In this document: positions 26,210 through 35,506 of the stretch, in pieces
Layout: every line of letters begins with the position of its first letter
Numbering within the stretch: the stretch's first letter is position 1
DNA from: a virus
Lineage: Duplodnaviria > Caudoviricetes
Strand: one strand, 5' to 3'
Length of the DNA stretch: 49,231 bases
Virus record (IMG/VR): IMGVR_UViG_3300031949_000058
Location: 1 to 49,231 of that record
Notes under the pieces: generated by a model
The model's database searches: none
What the model was told of the DNA's origin: nothing
The model's input: the letters and a program-made list of their open reading frames with translations, nothing else
Translations under genes and position numbers: made by a program

Positions 26210-27710
26210 GCGCGAAGTACGCATGGTCTGGCGTGGCGTCGTGGGCGAGTTCATGCGCGACGAGACGCGCCACATCGACTTCGAAGGCGCGTTCCGGTCC
26301 GGCAAGACCACGGCCGCGTTGTGGAAAGTTTTTACCAGCTGTCTTGAGCATCCGGGCATCCAGTGGCTCGTGTGTCGGTACGGCGACGGGGACACCCAGA
26401 CCAAGCTCAAGCCCCCGTGGCGCACGGTCTGCCGAGAGGCTGGCGTGGCGGTTCAGTGGGACAGCACGGAGCTCTGTGACATCTTCCCCGCGGTCGATGG
26501 CAAACAGTCGAAGGTCTACATCTTCGGCATCAAGGCCCAGGATCAGACCTCGCGTTACGGGAAGTTTCGCGGTATGACGCTGTCGGGCATTTACAACGAC
26601 CAGTCAGAGGAGCTCCCGCAGGACGTGTTCCTCGAGATGATGGGTCGCCTCTCGCAATCGGGGTATCCGCATCAGCTCTTGTTGACCCCGAACCCGCCCG
26701 ACCCGAATCATTGGCTCGCGCTGGAGTTCCCTGAAGACAACCGGATCATCGGGCGCACGTATTACCACGTGGCCATTCACGCGAACGCGCACAACCTGCC
26801 GTCGGACACGATCCCGGAGCTGATTCGTGCCTATCCGCCGTCCCACCCGAAGCACCGGAGCGCGGTTCTGGGCTTGCGCGGGCTCAACGTCATTGGGAAA
26901 CCGGTGTATGGCGGCGACCCCGAGAAGGGCCTACAGCCGGCGTTCTTGCGAGCGACGCACGAGCGGGCGCTGAGTTTCAATCCCCACTTGGCGCTGCTCG
27001 AGTCGCTGGATTTCGGGAAGCACTGCCCGTGCGTCGTCTGGGGGCAGTTCACGCCGTACGGTGGGTTGGAGCTCATGGGCGGCCTCATGGGGCAGGACAT
27101 CTACCTCGAAGACTTCCTGCCCATCGTGCAGCAGAAGCGCAGTGAGTGGTTCGGCGCGCGCATCCTTGAGGTGCAGACGTGCTGCGACCCGGCCGGGTCC
27201 CACGACAACTCGCAAGGCGTGCGGGACAACGGCGTCAAGGTCCTGCAGGACCACGGGTTTGCGCCGATGTGGAAAGAACACAGCAACGCCCCGGATGTGC
27301 GGTTGGCGATGATCGAGCGGCTGGCGGGGCACATGCGCCGGCGGACCCCGCAAGGCGAAGCGTTCGGCATCGAGGTCGACCCGGAGCGGTGGCTGCTCGT
27401 CGGGGCAGGCGGCGTGCGTAGCTGGAAGTTTCTCACGGATGGCTTCGAAGCGGGATATGTCTGGGACGAGCATTACGTGAGTGTCGGGTCGAAGCAAGTA
27501 CGGAAGGCGAAGAAGGACGGCTGGTACGAGCACGGGCAGAACTGTGCCGAGTACTTGGAGTTGAACTTCGGCGGCGCGCAACCGTCGGCGCAGCACGTAG
27601 AACGAATCGCCGCTCGGATGCAGGCCCAGGCGTTGCGGCGGGCGCAGCGCGATCGGGACCCGTACGATCAGCGGCGCATGCCGGTGTCGATACGGCGTGG
27701 TGGGTACTAA
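26190..27710 (+). CDS. terL: Terminase large subunit
   Basis: Walker A GAFRSGKT, coupling motif TPNP, nuclease motifs LDFG and DPAG. Confidence 0.9.
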   Translation: MNTVTHEREVRMVWRGVVGEFMRDETRHIDFEGAFRSGKTTAALWKVFTSCLEHPGIQWLVCRYGDGDTQTKLKPPWRTVCREAGVAVQWDSTELCDIFPAVDGKQSKVYIFGIKAQDQTSRYGKFRGMTLSGIYNDQSEELPQDVFLEMMGRLSQSGYPHQLLLTPNPPDPNHWLALEFPEDNRIIGRTYYHVAIHANAHNLPSDTIPELIRAYPPSHPKHRSAVLGLRGLNVIGKPVYGGDPEKGLQPAFLRATHERALSFNPHLALLESLDFGKHCPCVVWGQFTPYGGLELMGGLMGQDIYLEDFLPIVQQKRSEWFGARILEVQTCCDPAGSHDNSQGVRDNGVKVLQDHGFAPMWKEHSNAPDVRLAMIERLAGHMRRRTPQGEAFGIEVDPERWLLVGAGGVRSWKFLTDGFEAGYVWDEHYVSVGSKQVRKAKKDGWYEHGQNCAEYLELNFGGAQPSAQHVERIAARMQAQALRRAQRDRDPYDQRRMPVSIRRGGY

Positions 27711-27985
27711 TGTACCGCTCGTATCTCCATGTGCCACACCCGCAGTACCGTCGGGTGGGGACGTGGACGATGCGCGCGTACTACGACGCCTTCGAAGTGG
27801 AGGGCCGCGCCGTGATCCGAGGGACGACGCACGATCCGCGCGTGTGGCTGGCATGCGTGCGGGTGCGAGGCCGGGACTACCTCGTCTTGTGCACGGCTGA
27901 GAGTTTCGTGATCCGGCGGGTGCGCGAGGATGCGTTCGTCCCGTGTGGAGCGGTGTTCGATACGCGGGCTGGGCATGTCCACTAA
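27710..27985 (+). CDS. Hypothetical protein, 91 aa
   Basis: TAATG coupling to terL. Confidence 0.5.
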   Translation: MYRSYLHVPHPQYRRVGTWTMRAYYDAFEVEGRAVIRGTTHDPRVWLACVRVRGRDYLVLCTAESFVIRRVREDAFVPCGAVFDTRAGHVH

Positions 27986-28075
27986 GACGCCGCGGCCGCC
28001 GGGGTCAGGGCACACCCGGTATGAACTCAGTCAAGCCAAGAAAGACACGCAGCCGACGAAGAAAGGGAAATAACA

Positions 28076-28246
28076 ATGGACGCAGTGATCATTCCGGCGA
28101 AGACAGTCGTGCATGTGAACGGGATTCCTGTGCAGTTGGCTGTCGATACGATTATTGAGACGGCGCATGAGAACATGGCGCTACTGACCGGCTATCACTA
28201 TGCCTGTCTCCCGTCCAACGAAGAACCAGAAGCACTTGGTGACTGA
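28076..28246 (+). CDS. Hypothetical protein, 56 aa
   Basis: Purine-rich leader; open frame to TGA 28246. Confidence 0.45.
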   Translation: MDAVIIPAKTVVHVNGIPVQLAVDTIIETAHENMALLTGYHYACLPSNEEPEALGD

Positions 28247-28326
28247 TGGCACAGACGACGAGCATCTTTCCAGCGCTGAGCGACAACCAGAAACGCGGGC
28301 CGAAGCGCAAGCCACGAAAGAAGTAG

Positions 28327-30390
28327 ATGGCGCGCGATCCGTATGACGTGAAGCTGTCAGAGGAGCAGCGCAAGCACCTCGCGCTGTGGCTGGCCCGTGA
28401 GCTGGATCACGCGCTGCAAGCCCGCTCAGCCCAGGACGCCGAAGTCGACTACTGGCACGCCCTGTACGAACAGGCCCGGACGCGGTCTGCGCGCACCATC
28501 CCGTGGCCGGACGCGGCCGATCTGACCAGCTACATCGCCACCGAGAAAGTCGACGCCTTGCACGCGCGGATCATGCGCACGGTGTTCACTGAGCCGGTGT
28601 GGACGGTGGAAGGCTGGGGCGACAGCGTGCAGCGCGCCCCGTTTGTTGAAGAATTTCATCAGGCCAAAGTCGAAGAGGAGCGGTTCCAGGGCGTGGCGGA
28701 TCGGTGGCTGTTGTCCGCCCTGATCGAGCCGCGGGGGCTGCTCGAAATCTCCGAGGGGTACGACCTCGCCGCGACCACGCGGCACACGATGAAAGCCAAG
28801 CTCGTGACGGACCCCGCGACCGGCGGGCCGGTGTTCGGGGAGGACGCGCAGCCCATTCTCGAGCGCGACGACGAAGGCCAACTGATCGAGGCGTTGGCCG
28901 GCGACGCGGCGGCTGAGGCCGTGATTGACGAGCAGGACGCGCAGCGCACCGGCCCGCAGTACTGCGTCGTGCCGTATCGGGACTCGGTCATCATGCCTGG
29001 GCATGCGCGGGACAAGCGACAAATCTGGGGCTACGGGAAAAAGTTCACCAAGCGGCTGTTCGAGCTCCAAGCGCAAGCCAAAGGGGCGCAGGCGATCTAT
29101 GACACGGCGACGGTCGATCTGCTCACGAGCACGGGTGATCCTGAGCCTGATGCCGCCCTCCAGCGGTCACTGCAGACCGTGGCCCCACAAGGCGACCATC
29201 TCACGGCCGAAAAAGAGCTGTGGGAACTCCTCGTCAAGATCGATCTGGCGGTGCTCTGTGAGATGCACGGACTGTCGGTGCCGAAGGGCGCAAAGGGGCT
29301 GCGCTGGTACGTGGCGACGATTCACAAGGATCAGCAGCTCTTGCTGCGGTTGCAGCATGACGACGTGGATAGCTGCCGGTTCGTCCCGCTGATTCTGTTC
29401 CCGCGGCCGGATCGGGCGACGGAAGGCTTCTCGTTCATCGGGCACAAGCTGATCACGGTGATCGAAGAGCACACGGCCTGGCGCAACATGGCGGCGGACA
29501 AAGGCTCGATGGTGGTGCAGACGCCGATTAAGCGCCAGGTGGGCGCCTTGTGGGACCCCGTGGAGCAGCCGTGGGGACCTAAAGCGGTGATCGATGTGCG
29601 CAACATGCAGGAAATCGATCCCGTCGTGATTGGGGACGTGCCGCAATCGGCGTTTACCCACATGCAGATGCAGGAGCGGAACGCGGAACGGCTCGCCGGG
29701 ATCAACGACATCGCGTCGGGGCAGGTATCGGATGAGGATCGGACACTCGGCGAGGTCAACATGGCCACCGAGCAGAGCTTCGTCCGCATGGACCTGATCA
29801 AACACCGCATGGACGAGGCGATGGAGGACGTCGCCCAGATCCGCCATGCGATTTGGAAGCGGGCGCTGGCGGAAAAAACCGCTGGCGTGCCGGCGCCGCA
29901 GTCGTTGATCGTCGGCATGGAAGGCCGTGGCTTGCCGATCGAGGGCGACGGGAAGATCACGGCCGACATGCTCGAGGGCTCGTTCCGGTTCAAGCCGCAC
30001 GGGTCGGTGGAGACGGCGGATGTGAGCAAGCAGCGTCGGGACTTCGTGCAAGCGATTCAGTTTTTGCCGGCGTTGCTGCAGACCTTTCCGATGCTCATCC
30101 CGTTGTTCCAAACGGAGCAGGCGGCGCGCGCGATTGCGCGGTCGTTTCTGCATTTGTTCAAGTTGGGCAGTCAGCAAGCCTTTCTCGGCTCGGCGTCGGA
30201 AGGGATGCCCGGGATGGGCATGGGCCTGCCGGGCATGGGCATGGGCGGACTGCCGCCGATTCCTGGCATGCCGCCGGGCATGATGGGAGCGCTGGGTGGG
30301 CTGGGCGGGCCTGCACCTCCTCCAGGTCCGCCACCCGCGCCGCCTGGGATGCCGCCCGGGATGCCGATGCCGCCGATGGTGCCACAGTGA
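28327..30390 (+). CDS. Portal protein (P22-like size), 687 aa
   Basis: Large ORF after terL; ERLAGIND..RTLGEV pattern; P/G/M-rich tail. Confidence 0.85.
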   Translation: MARDPYDVKLSEEQRKHLALWLARELDHALQARSAQDAEVDYWHALYEQARTRSARTIPWPDAADLTSYIATEKVDALHARIMRTVFTEPVWTVEGWGDSVQRAPFVEEFHQAKVEEERFQGVADRWLLSALIEPRGLLEISEGYDLAATTRHTMKAKLVTDPATGGPVFGEDAQPILERDDEGQLIEALAGDAAAEAVIDEQDAQRTGPQYCVVPYRDSVIMPGHARDKRQIWGYGKKFTKRLFELQAQAKGAQAIYDTATVDLLTSTGDPEPDAALQRSLQTVAPQGDHLTAEKELWELLVKIDLAVLCEMHGLSVPKGAKGLRWYVATIHKDQQLLLRLQHDDVDSCRFVPLILFPRPDRATEGFSFIGHKLITVIEEHTAWRNMAADKGSMVVQTPIKRQVGALWDPVEQPWGPKAVIDVRNMQEIDPVVIGDVPQSAFTHMQMQERNAERLAGINDIASGQVSDEDRTLGEVNMATEQSFVRMDLIKHRMDEAMEDVAQIRHAIWKRALAEKTAGVPAPQSLIVGMEGRGLPIEGDGKITADMLEGSFRFKPHGSVETADVSKQRRDFVQAIQFLPALLQTFPMLIPLFQTEQAARAIARSFLHLFKLGSQQAFLGSASEGMPGMGMGLPGMGMGGLPPIPGMPPGMMGALGGLGGPAPPPGPPPAPPGMPPGMPMPPMVPQ

Positions 30391-30542
30391 TGTCGAAGCC
30401 GGTCCCGCACAAGTGCGTCGACTGCGCGAAGAAGATGCAGCGCTGCCGTGCCGTGTTCCGTCGCTGCTCTGGCGTCGTCGACTGGGTCTGTCGGCGGTGT
30501 TGGGCGGCGCTCGACTACGCCGAGTTCATGGGGCCACAGTGA
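30390..30542 (+). CDS. Small zinc-finger protein, 50 aa
   Basis: TGATG coupling; CVDC and CRRC motifs. Confidence 0.45.
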   Translation: MSKPVPHKCVDCAKKMQRCRAVFRRCSGVVDWVCRRCWAALDYAEFMGPQ

Positions 30543-30569
30543 CATCAGCAGCGAGGGTGGGGTTGGTGA

Positions 30570-31184
30570 ATGCACAAGATCGATTTCGGACGCGCCTTTC
30601 CGCCGTTGCTCCGGCCTGGGGATGTCGTGATCGATGTCGGCGCGGGTCCGGGCGCGGCGTCACGTCTCGCCTTGCAGCACGGCGCGAGCTGCGTGATTGC
30701 GCTGGAACCGGATCGGCGCTACCCGATGGTGCCCGGTACCGATTGGCTGCAGGTGGCGGCGGGTGATGCGTTCACTGCGGATGCCGTGTTGTATCTCGCC
30801 AAGACCGCGACGCAGAACAGCTTATTGGCAGAACTTGTGCCGCAGCAAGTCGACATACAGGAGCGGACCCCAGTGGTGATGCTGGATACGATCGCGGCAC
30901 ATGCCGATGTCATCAAGATCGACGCCCAGGGCTGGGACGCGAAAGTGATGCGCGGCGGGCGACGGCTCGTCTCGACGGCGCGGGTACTGGTGGTCGAAGT
31001 CTGGCCGCATGGGTTGCGGCGAGCCGGAGACAGCGTGTGCGACTTGTTCGCGCTCGTGACCGCGGCGGGCTTCACGCGGATCACCTGGGGCGATGGCGAT
31101 AGTCAGGTCACGGCTGACGAGTGTGCACAGGTGGATGCCGAGACATCGGCGACGCGGTTTGGGGATTGGATTGCGACCCGATGA
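30570..31184 (+). CDS. FkbM-family methyltransferase
   Basis: VIDVGAGPG, ALEP, IKIDAQGWD and VEVWP motifs. Confidence 0.85.
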   Translation: MHKIDFGRAFPPLLRPGDVVIDVGAGPGAASRLALQHGASCVIALEPDRRYPMVPGTDWLQVAAGDAFTADAVLYLAKTATQNSLLAELVPQQVDIQERTPVVMLDTIAAHADVIKIDAQGWDAKVMRGGRRLVSTARVLVVEVWPHGLRRAGDSVCDLFALVTAAGFTRITWGDGDSQVTADECAQVDAETSATRFGDWIATR

Positions 31185-31242
31185 GCGATAACGCGCCGCT
31201 CCAATTTCCTTGATACAGGCGGGAGAAGTCAAGGAGTTAAAG

Positions 31243-31563
31243 ATGGGACAAGTGAGTGCGGAAATGCCACGCTATCGCTGTCACAAGGAAGCGCCCGATC
31301 TCAAACGGGACCTGGAAGACCTTGTGAACCATCCCGCCTGGCTCCGGCTCGTGGCGGAGGAGCAACAGCGCTGGCGTGACCTCCTGGACACCGCGGCGGC
31401 AGATGTCGAGGACACGGTGGCGTTGCAGAAGATTCGGCAGATGGTGGTCGCGAAGCGGGAGATCGAGCGGTTCATCGGCAGGCCGAAGGAACTGCTTGCC
31501 AAGATGCAGGTCATGGACCCGGAGCGATTGCAGCCGACGACGATGACCCGAGGGGGGGTATGA
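31243..31563 (+). CDS. Helical hypothetical protein of the head module
   Basis: AAGGAG RBS; alternative TTG start at 31210. Confidence 0.6.
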   Translation: MGQVSAEMPRYRCHKEAPDLKRDLEDLVNHPAWLRLVAEEQQRWRDLLDTAAADVEDTVALQKIRQMVVAKREIERFIGRPKELLAKMQVMDPERLQPTTMTRGGV

Positions 31564-31802
31564 AGCTCGTCGAGGTCGACTGGATTGACAGCGCGTTCAA
31601 TCAAGGCTGGGGAGACGCCAAAGAGGCGCGCAAAAGCATGCACGCGGTGCGTTGCCGCTCGGTTGGCTATTTATTGGACTCAGACGCTGACTGCGTGAAG
31701 ATCGTGCAGAGTCGTGACGTGGATTGCGATCTCCTGTCGGGCGGTATCTCTATTCCTCGCGTGGCGGTCAAGCGGATACGAACGCTCAAGGGTGGTTTTT
31801 GA
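31560..31802 (+). CDS. Hypothetical protein, 80 aa
   Basis: LVEVDWIDS..SVGYLL..IP pattern common in small phage proteins. Confidence 0.65.
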   Translation: MKLVEVDWIDSAFNQGWGDAKEARKSMHAVRCRSVGYLLDSDADCVKIVQSRDVDCDLLSGGISIPRVAVKRIRTLKGGF

Positions 31803-32164
31803 TGCTGCGGCCGCTCGGCGATCGGGTGTTGGTCAAGCCGGAAGCGAACCCAGAGCAGACTGATTCCGGGCTGTGGCTGAGCGAGCACCGAAAACCGGAG
31901 GAAGCCGGGACCGTCGTGGCGGTCGGCCTGCCAGTGCATCCGCGTAAGCAGGAAGCGGAAGACGCCGCGTTCGTGATCGCCGGACTGGCGCCAGGCGTTG
32001 CGAAGTTATTGCAGGCGCTAGTGGCGCGCGAGCCACTCGTGCACGTTGGCGACTACGTGTTGTTTTCCTGGGCCGCCGGGCACGAGGTGCTGATCGAAGA
32101 CGAGCGGTATCTGCTATTGCGCGAGGCCGACATCCTCGCGGTCGTGGAAGGAGTACCCGCGTGA
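31802..32164 (+). CDS. groES: GroES-like co-chaperonin, 120 aa
   Basis: LRPLGDRVLVKP..TDSGL..GTVVAVG..VGDYVLF..YLLLREADILAVV. Confidence 0.92.
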   Translation: MLRPLGDRVLVKPEANPEQTDSGLWLSEHRKPEEAGTVVAVGLPVHPRKQEAEDAAFVIAGLAPGVAKLLQALVAREPLVHVGDYVLFSWAAGHEVLIEDERYLLLREADILAVVEGVPA

Positions 32165-33027
32165 GTGACGACGTTGCCGCGTTGACGAATGTGGAAGAAG
32201 AGGCGCCAGCCGCGGCGCCGGCTGCTGACCCGGCCGCGCCGCCGGCCGCCCCAGTCGAGGAACCGGCCGCCGCCGAAGTGGACGCGGTCGAAGTCGGGGG
32301 CCAAAAGTACGTCCCCTTGGCGGCCGTCCTCGCGGAACGGCGCGAAAAGCACGCGCTGAAAGACCGCGCCGCCCGAGCGGACCAGCTCGAAGCCGCGGTG
32401 GCCGAGATGCGGCCCTACGTCGAGTTCTTGCGGCAGAATCCTGGGCTGACCCAGCGCCAAGCCCCTACGCCGAGCGCGCCCGCGGCGCCCGAAGCGGACC
32501 CGGACGTCGAGCAAGTCGCCCGGGATTTCGACCTCTACACGCCGGACGGGAAACCGGATCTTCCACGGGCCGCGCGGATTCATGCACGGCAGCAAACGGC
32601 GGCACGTCAAGCCGCTGCCGACGCGGTGCGCCCTGTCCAGCAGCAGTCCGCACAGCAGCAATCTGCCGTGAATCTGCGGATGGCCATGAGCGCGCAGATG
32701 CCCGCCGGGGTGCACCTGGACCCCGCGGCGTTACAGACCTTCTGGCAGGCGTTGCCGCCGGATCTGACGGCTGACCCGAACGTGGCCGCGCTCGTGACGC
32801 TCCTGGCTGCGGGTGCAGGCGCGCTGAAAGGACCCGTCGCGCGCGTGGCGCCGCCGGCGCATCCGCCGCTCGTGACCGAAACGCCTGGGGGTGGCGCGCC
32901 GGCCCGGCAACCGTTGACTGGGATGTCGCGGAAGATTGCGGCCGCGCGCGGGATCGACGAAGCCAAGTACCAGAAACTCACGGAGGGGTTCCGGCCCGGC
33001 CGAACGAACGTACTCGAAGAGGATTAA
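32161..33027 (+). CDS. Putative capsid scaffolding protein
   Basis: A/P/E-rich N-terminus, YVPL..ERR coiled coil, C-terminal GIDEAKY. Confidence 0.7.
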   Translation: MSDDVAALTNVEEEAPAAAPAADPAAPPAAPVEEPAAAEVDAVEVGGQKYVPLAAVLAERREKHALKDRAARADQLEAAVAEMRPYVEFLRQNPGLTQRQAPTPSAPAAPEADPDVEQVARDFDLYTPDGKPDLPRAARIHARQQTAARQAAADAVRPVQQQSAQQQSAVNLRMAMSAQMPAGVHLDPAALQTFWQALPPDLTADPNVAALVTLLAAGAGALKGPVARVAPPAHPPLVTETPGGGAPARQPLTGMSRKIAAARGIDEAKYQKLTEGFRPGRTNVLEED

Positions 33028-33540
33028 ATGACAAAAGTAGCCTCGGTCGACCCACCGAAGAAGCCTCGGATCTCTGTGCTCGAGCGCCGGCTCCAACACC
33101 CGTTTGGCGAACCATCCGCCCCGATCGATCTCAAGGACCGGAGCATGGAGTGCCGTTGGTTCAACGCGGCGACGGGCGCGGACCATATCTGGCGGGCGAA
33201 GCGCAAGGGCTGGGCGAACGTCCGACCCGACGACGTGCAGGATCTCGAACAGATTGGCGGCTACGCGGTGGATGTGTCCGGCTTCATTGTGCGCGGCGAA
33301 CGCGGCCAGGAAGTGCTGATGCAGATGCCGCGGGACGATCGGCGCCAGATCGAGTTTGCGAAGGCGCGGTTGAACACGAAGAACATGGGGAACCCCATCG
33401 CGACCAAGAACGAGATTGTGGAGGCGGCGAGTTCACAGCTCGGCGACGAGGCGGCCGACTTCCTGCACCACAGCGGGAAGGTGTCAGGATCGGTGCGCGA
33501 CTCGTATGAGCGGGTGCAGCGCGTCGACGACGACGGGTGA
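33028..33540 (+). CDS. Head-module hypothetical protein, 170 aa
   Basis: RWFN..GW..V..VLMQMP pattern; GAGG RBS. Confidence 0.65.
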   Translation: MTKVASVDPPKKPRISVLERRLQHPFGEPSAPIDLKDRSMECRWFNAATGADHIWRAKRKGWANVRPDDVQDLEQIGGYAVDVSGFIVRGERGQEVLMQMPRDDRRQIEFAKARLNTKNMGNPIATKNEIVEAASSQLGDEAADFLHHSGKVSGSVRDSYERVQRVDDDG

Positions 33541-33926
33541 TTCTGGCGGATGGCGCCTTTGACCCCCTTCACGTCGGGCACATTCGATATTTGCGCCGTG
33601 CTCAAGCGCTCGAGACGGGCGCAGATACGCTTGTTGTCCGCGTGGCACCGGATACCGTCATTCTCGCCAAGGGACGAACCCCCTTCCAATCACAGCAAGA
33701 GCGGGCCGAGACGGTGTTGGCGCTGGACATGGTCGATCGCGTGGTCCTGGATGACACGCTGGCGGCGGCGATTCGTCGGCTCAAGCCGGAGACCCTCGTG
33801 AAAGGCATCGAATGGCAGGATCGCTTACCGGCAGAGGTCTTGGAGGCGTGCCAGCGCGTCGGTACACGGATTGTGTACGTGAACGAACGCCACCGGACCA
33901 GCTCGCAGCGTTTGAACGGTTCCTGA
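33537..33926 (+). CDS. HIGH-motif nucleotidyltransferase (TagD/RfaE-II-like cytidylyltransferase)
   Basis: GAFDPLHVGH, ERAE, VKG and TSS motifs. Confidence 0.88.
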   Translation: MILADGAFDPLHVGHIRYLRRAQALETGADTLVVRVAPDTVILAKGRTPFQSQQERAETVLALDMVDRVVLDDTLAAAIRRLKPETLVKGIEWQDRLPAEVLEACQRVGTRIVYVNERHRTSSQRLNGS

Positions 33927-34489
33927 CCACGCAGCCGGCGGCGCAGCCGTGGCAGCCCGTCACGGATTACTCGTGGGAGGCGCGTTCACGGATTGAACGT
34001 CCACATGCGGCGCGCATCGTGAACACGTTTCAACCGAATCTCGTGCTCGATTACGGCTGTGGCTTTGGCTACCTCGTGCGGGTTCTGCGAGAGTTCAACG
34101 TGTACGCCTGGGGCTATGAGCCGCATCAGCCGCCACGCCCGGAGCTCCATCGTTCGACACATGTCCCGTTCAACGATCGGGATTGCGATCTCGTGATTTG
34201 CCGCGAGGTGATCGAACACGTCGAGCTCCGGCACGTCCCGGCGCTCGTCCGGCATCTGTGCCAGTTGTCGTCCGCGTACGTCTACGTGACCACGCGGTTT
34301 CATCCGAACCCGGATCATCTGCTCGACGTGGCGACGAGCGACGACCTCGACCCGACGCACATGACGCTCCTGAACAAAGACTTCCTGCGGTTGCTGTTCG
34401 TGCTTGAGGGTTTCGTGCGTGATCCCGAGAAGGAAACCGCGATGGATTGGATGGGCAAAGACCGCGTGTTGGTGTATCGCCGCCCATGA
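33812..34489 (+). CDS. Class I SAM-dependent methyltransferase (start uncertain)
   Basis: VLDYGCGFG, DLVICREVIEHV and DPTH motifs. Confidence 0.8.
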   Translation: MAGSLTGRGLGGVPARRYTDCVRERTPPDQLAAFERFLTTQPAAQPWQPVTDYSWEARSRIERPHAARIVNTFQPNLVLDYGCGFGYLVRVLREFNVYAWGYEPHQPPRPELHRSTHVPFNDRDCDLVICREVIEHVELRHVPALVRHLCQLSSAYVYVTTRFHPNPDHLLDVATSDDLDPTHMTLLNKDFLRLLFVLEGFVRDPEKETAMDWMGKDRVLVYRRP

Positions 34490-34501
34490 GAAAAGATAAA
34501 C

Positions 34502-34693
34502 ATGAGAAAAGACAAACAATTACGCGACGAACCTGATGAGGGTGTGGCGTGTGTGACGTGCCGCAAGAAGCGCAAGGCGGGGGAACCTAGATGGGTGTCT
34601 AAACGACTCTACGGGGACAACGAAGATACCTGGGCCTGTTCCAAAGATTGTGCGGCGTGCTTCGATAAAGTCGTCATTTTCGGCTGTTGCTGA
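34502..34693 (+). CDS. Small Cys-rich protein, 63 aa
   Basis: CVTC and CSKDC motifs; preceded by a 16-nt tandem duplication (34485-34516). Confidence 0.5.
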   Translation: MRKDKQLRDEPDEGVACVTCRKKRKAGEPRWVSKRLYGDNEDTWACSKDCAACFDKVVIFGCC

Positions 34694-34696
34694 CTC

Positions 34697-35506
34697 ATGA
34701 TCGATTGCGTCCAGTCGTACCACACCAATCCGTACACCTGTGGGGTGGCGAAGTGGAACGTCCGCTTGGCGAGAGAATTGGGCGTGCCGCTCCGGCCACT
34801 CGGACAGCCGGCGTTCCAGCCTGTGATTTCGGTGAAACCTTCTGAGATCCATGAGTGGGAGCATCCGTATTTCAAGCGCCCGTACGACCTGATTCTGCAT
34901 GGGTGGCACACGTCCCGATCGGAGCAGGAACGGATGCGGAATCGACGCTGGGTGACTGGCGCGGATCGCGTCTGGACGGTGGCCCCTGAGACTCTGGAGG
35001 CGCTCCAGTTCGTGCGTCCTGATGTGGCCATCTTGCCCTGTCCCGCGACGGTGGAGACGCCGCTGCCGCGGGCGGCGCGGACCTACCTCACGTTCGGGAT
35101 GGCGCACAAAACCGGGCGCGTGCTCCAGCACTACAAAGCCTTCCGCGACGCGCACGCGGGCGAAAACTACACGATCCTGCTGTCAGTGGGGGTCCATGAA
35201 GGGTCGCCCTGGTCTGAGGCGCTGGAATATTCAGCGATCGCGCTCCGGCACATCTTCGGCGCCGATCGCGTGGAAGTCCTCGGCTATCTGAGCGATGCGG
35301 CGCTGCACCGGGAAATCATGCGCGCGACGGCGTGTATCGCGTTCTTCGACCCAGCGTTGCGCGCGAATAATACGACGGCCTGGGCCGTGCTCGAGCGCGG
35401 GAAGCGCTTGATCACGAACTGCGATGACCAGTCCCCAAGTCTGGACGCGGTGCCCGCCTGGTCACAGGTGGCCCGTCATTTTGTTCCCGTCCCATGCGTG
35501 CCGTAA
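34697..35506 (+). CDS. Putative GT-B glycosyltransferase
   Basis: CGVAKW, TFG, VEVLGYLSD and GKRLIT resemble GT4-like enzymes; cluster context. Confidence 0.6.
   Translation: MIDCVQSYHTNPYTCGVAKWNVRLARELGVPLRPLGQPAFQPVISVKPSEIHEWEHPYFKRPYDLILHGWHTSRSEQERMRNRRWVTGADRVWTVAPETLEALQFVRPDVAILPCPATVETPLPRAARTYLTFGMAHKTGRVLQHYKAFRDAHAGENYTILLSVGVHEGSPWSEALEYSAIALRHIFGADRVEVLGYLSDAALHREIMRATACIAFFDPALRANNTTAWAVLERGKRLITNCDDQSPSLDAVPAWSQVARHFVPVPCVP

Noticed and set aside
30200-30390. PGM/PPG repeats at the portal C-terminus
   Set aside because: Low-complexity tails are common in this portal type; no separate element is indicated.
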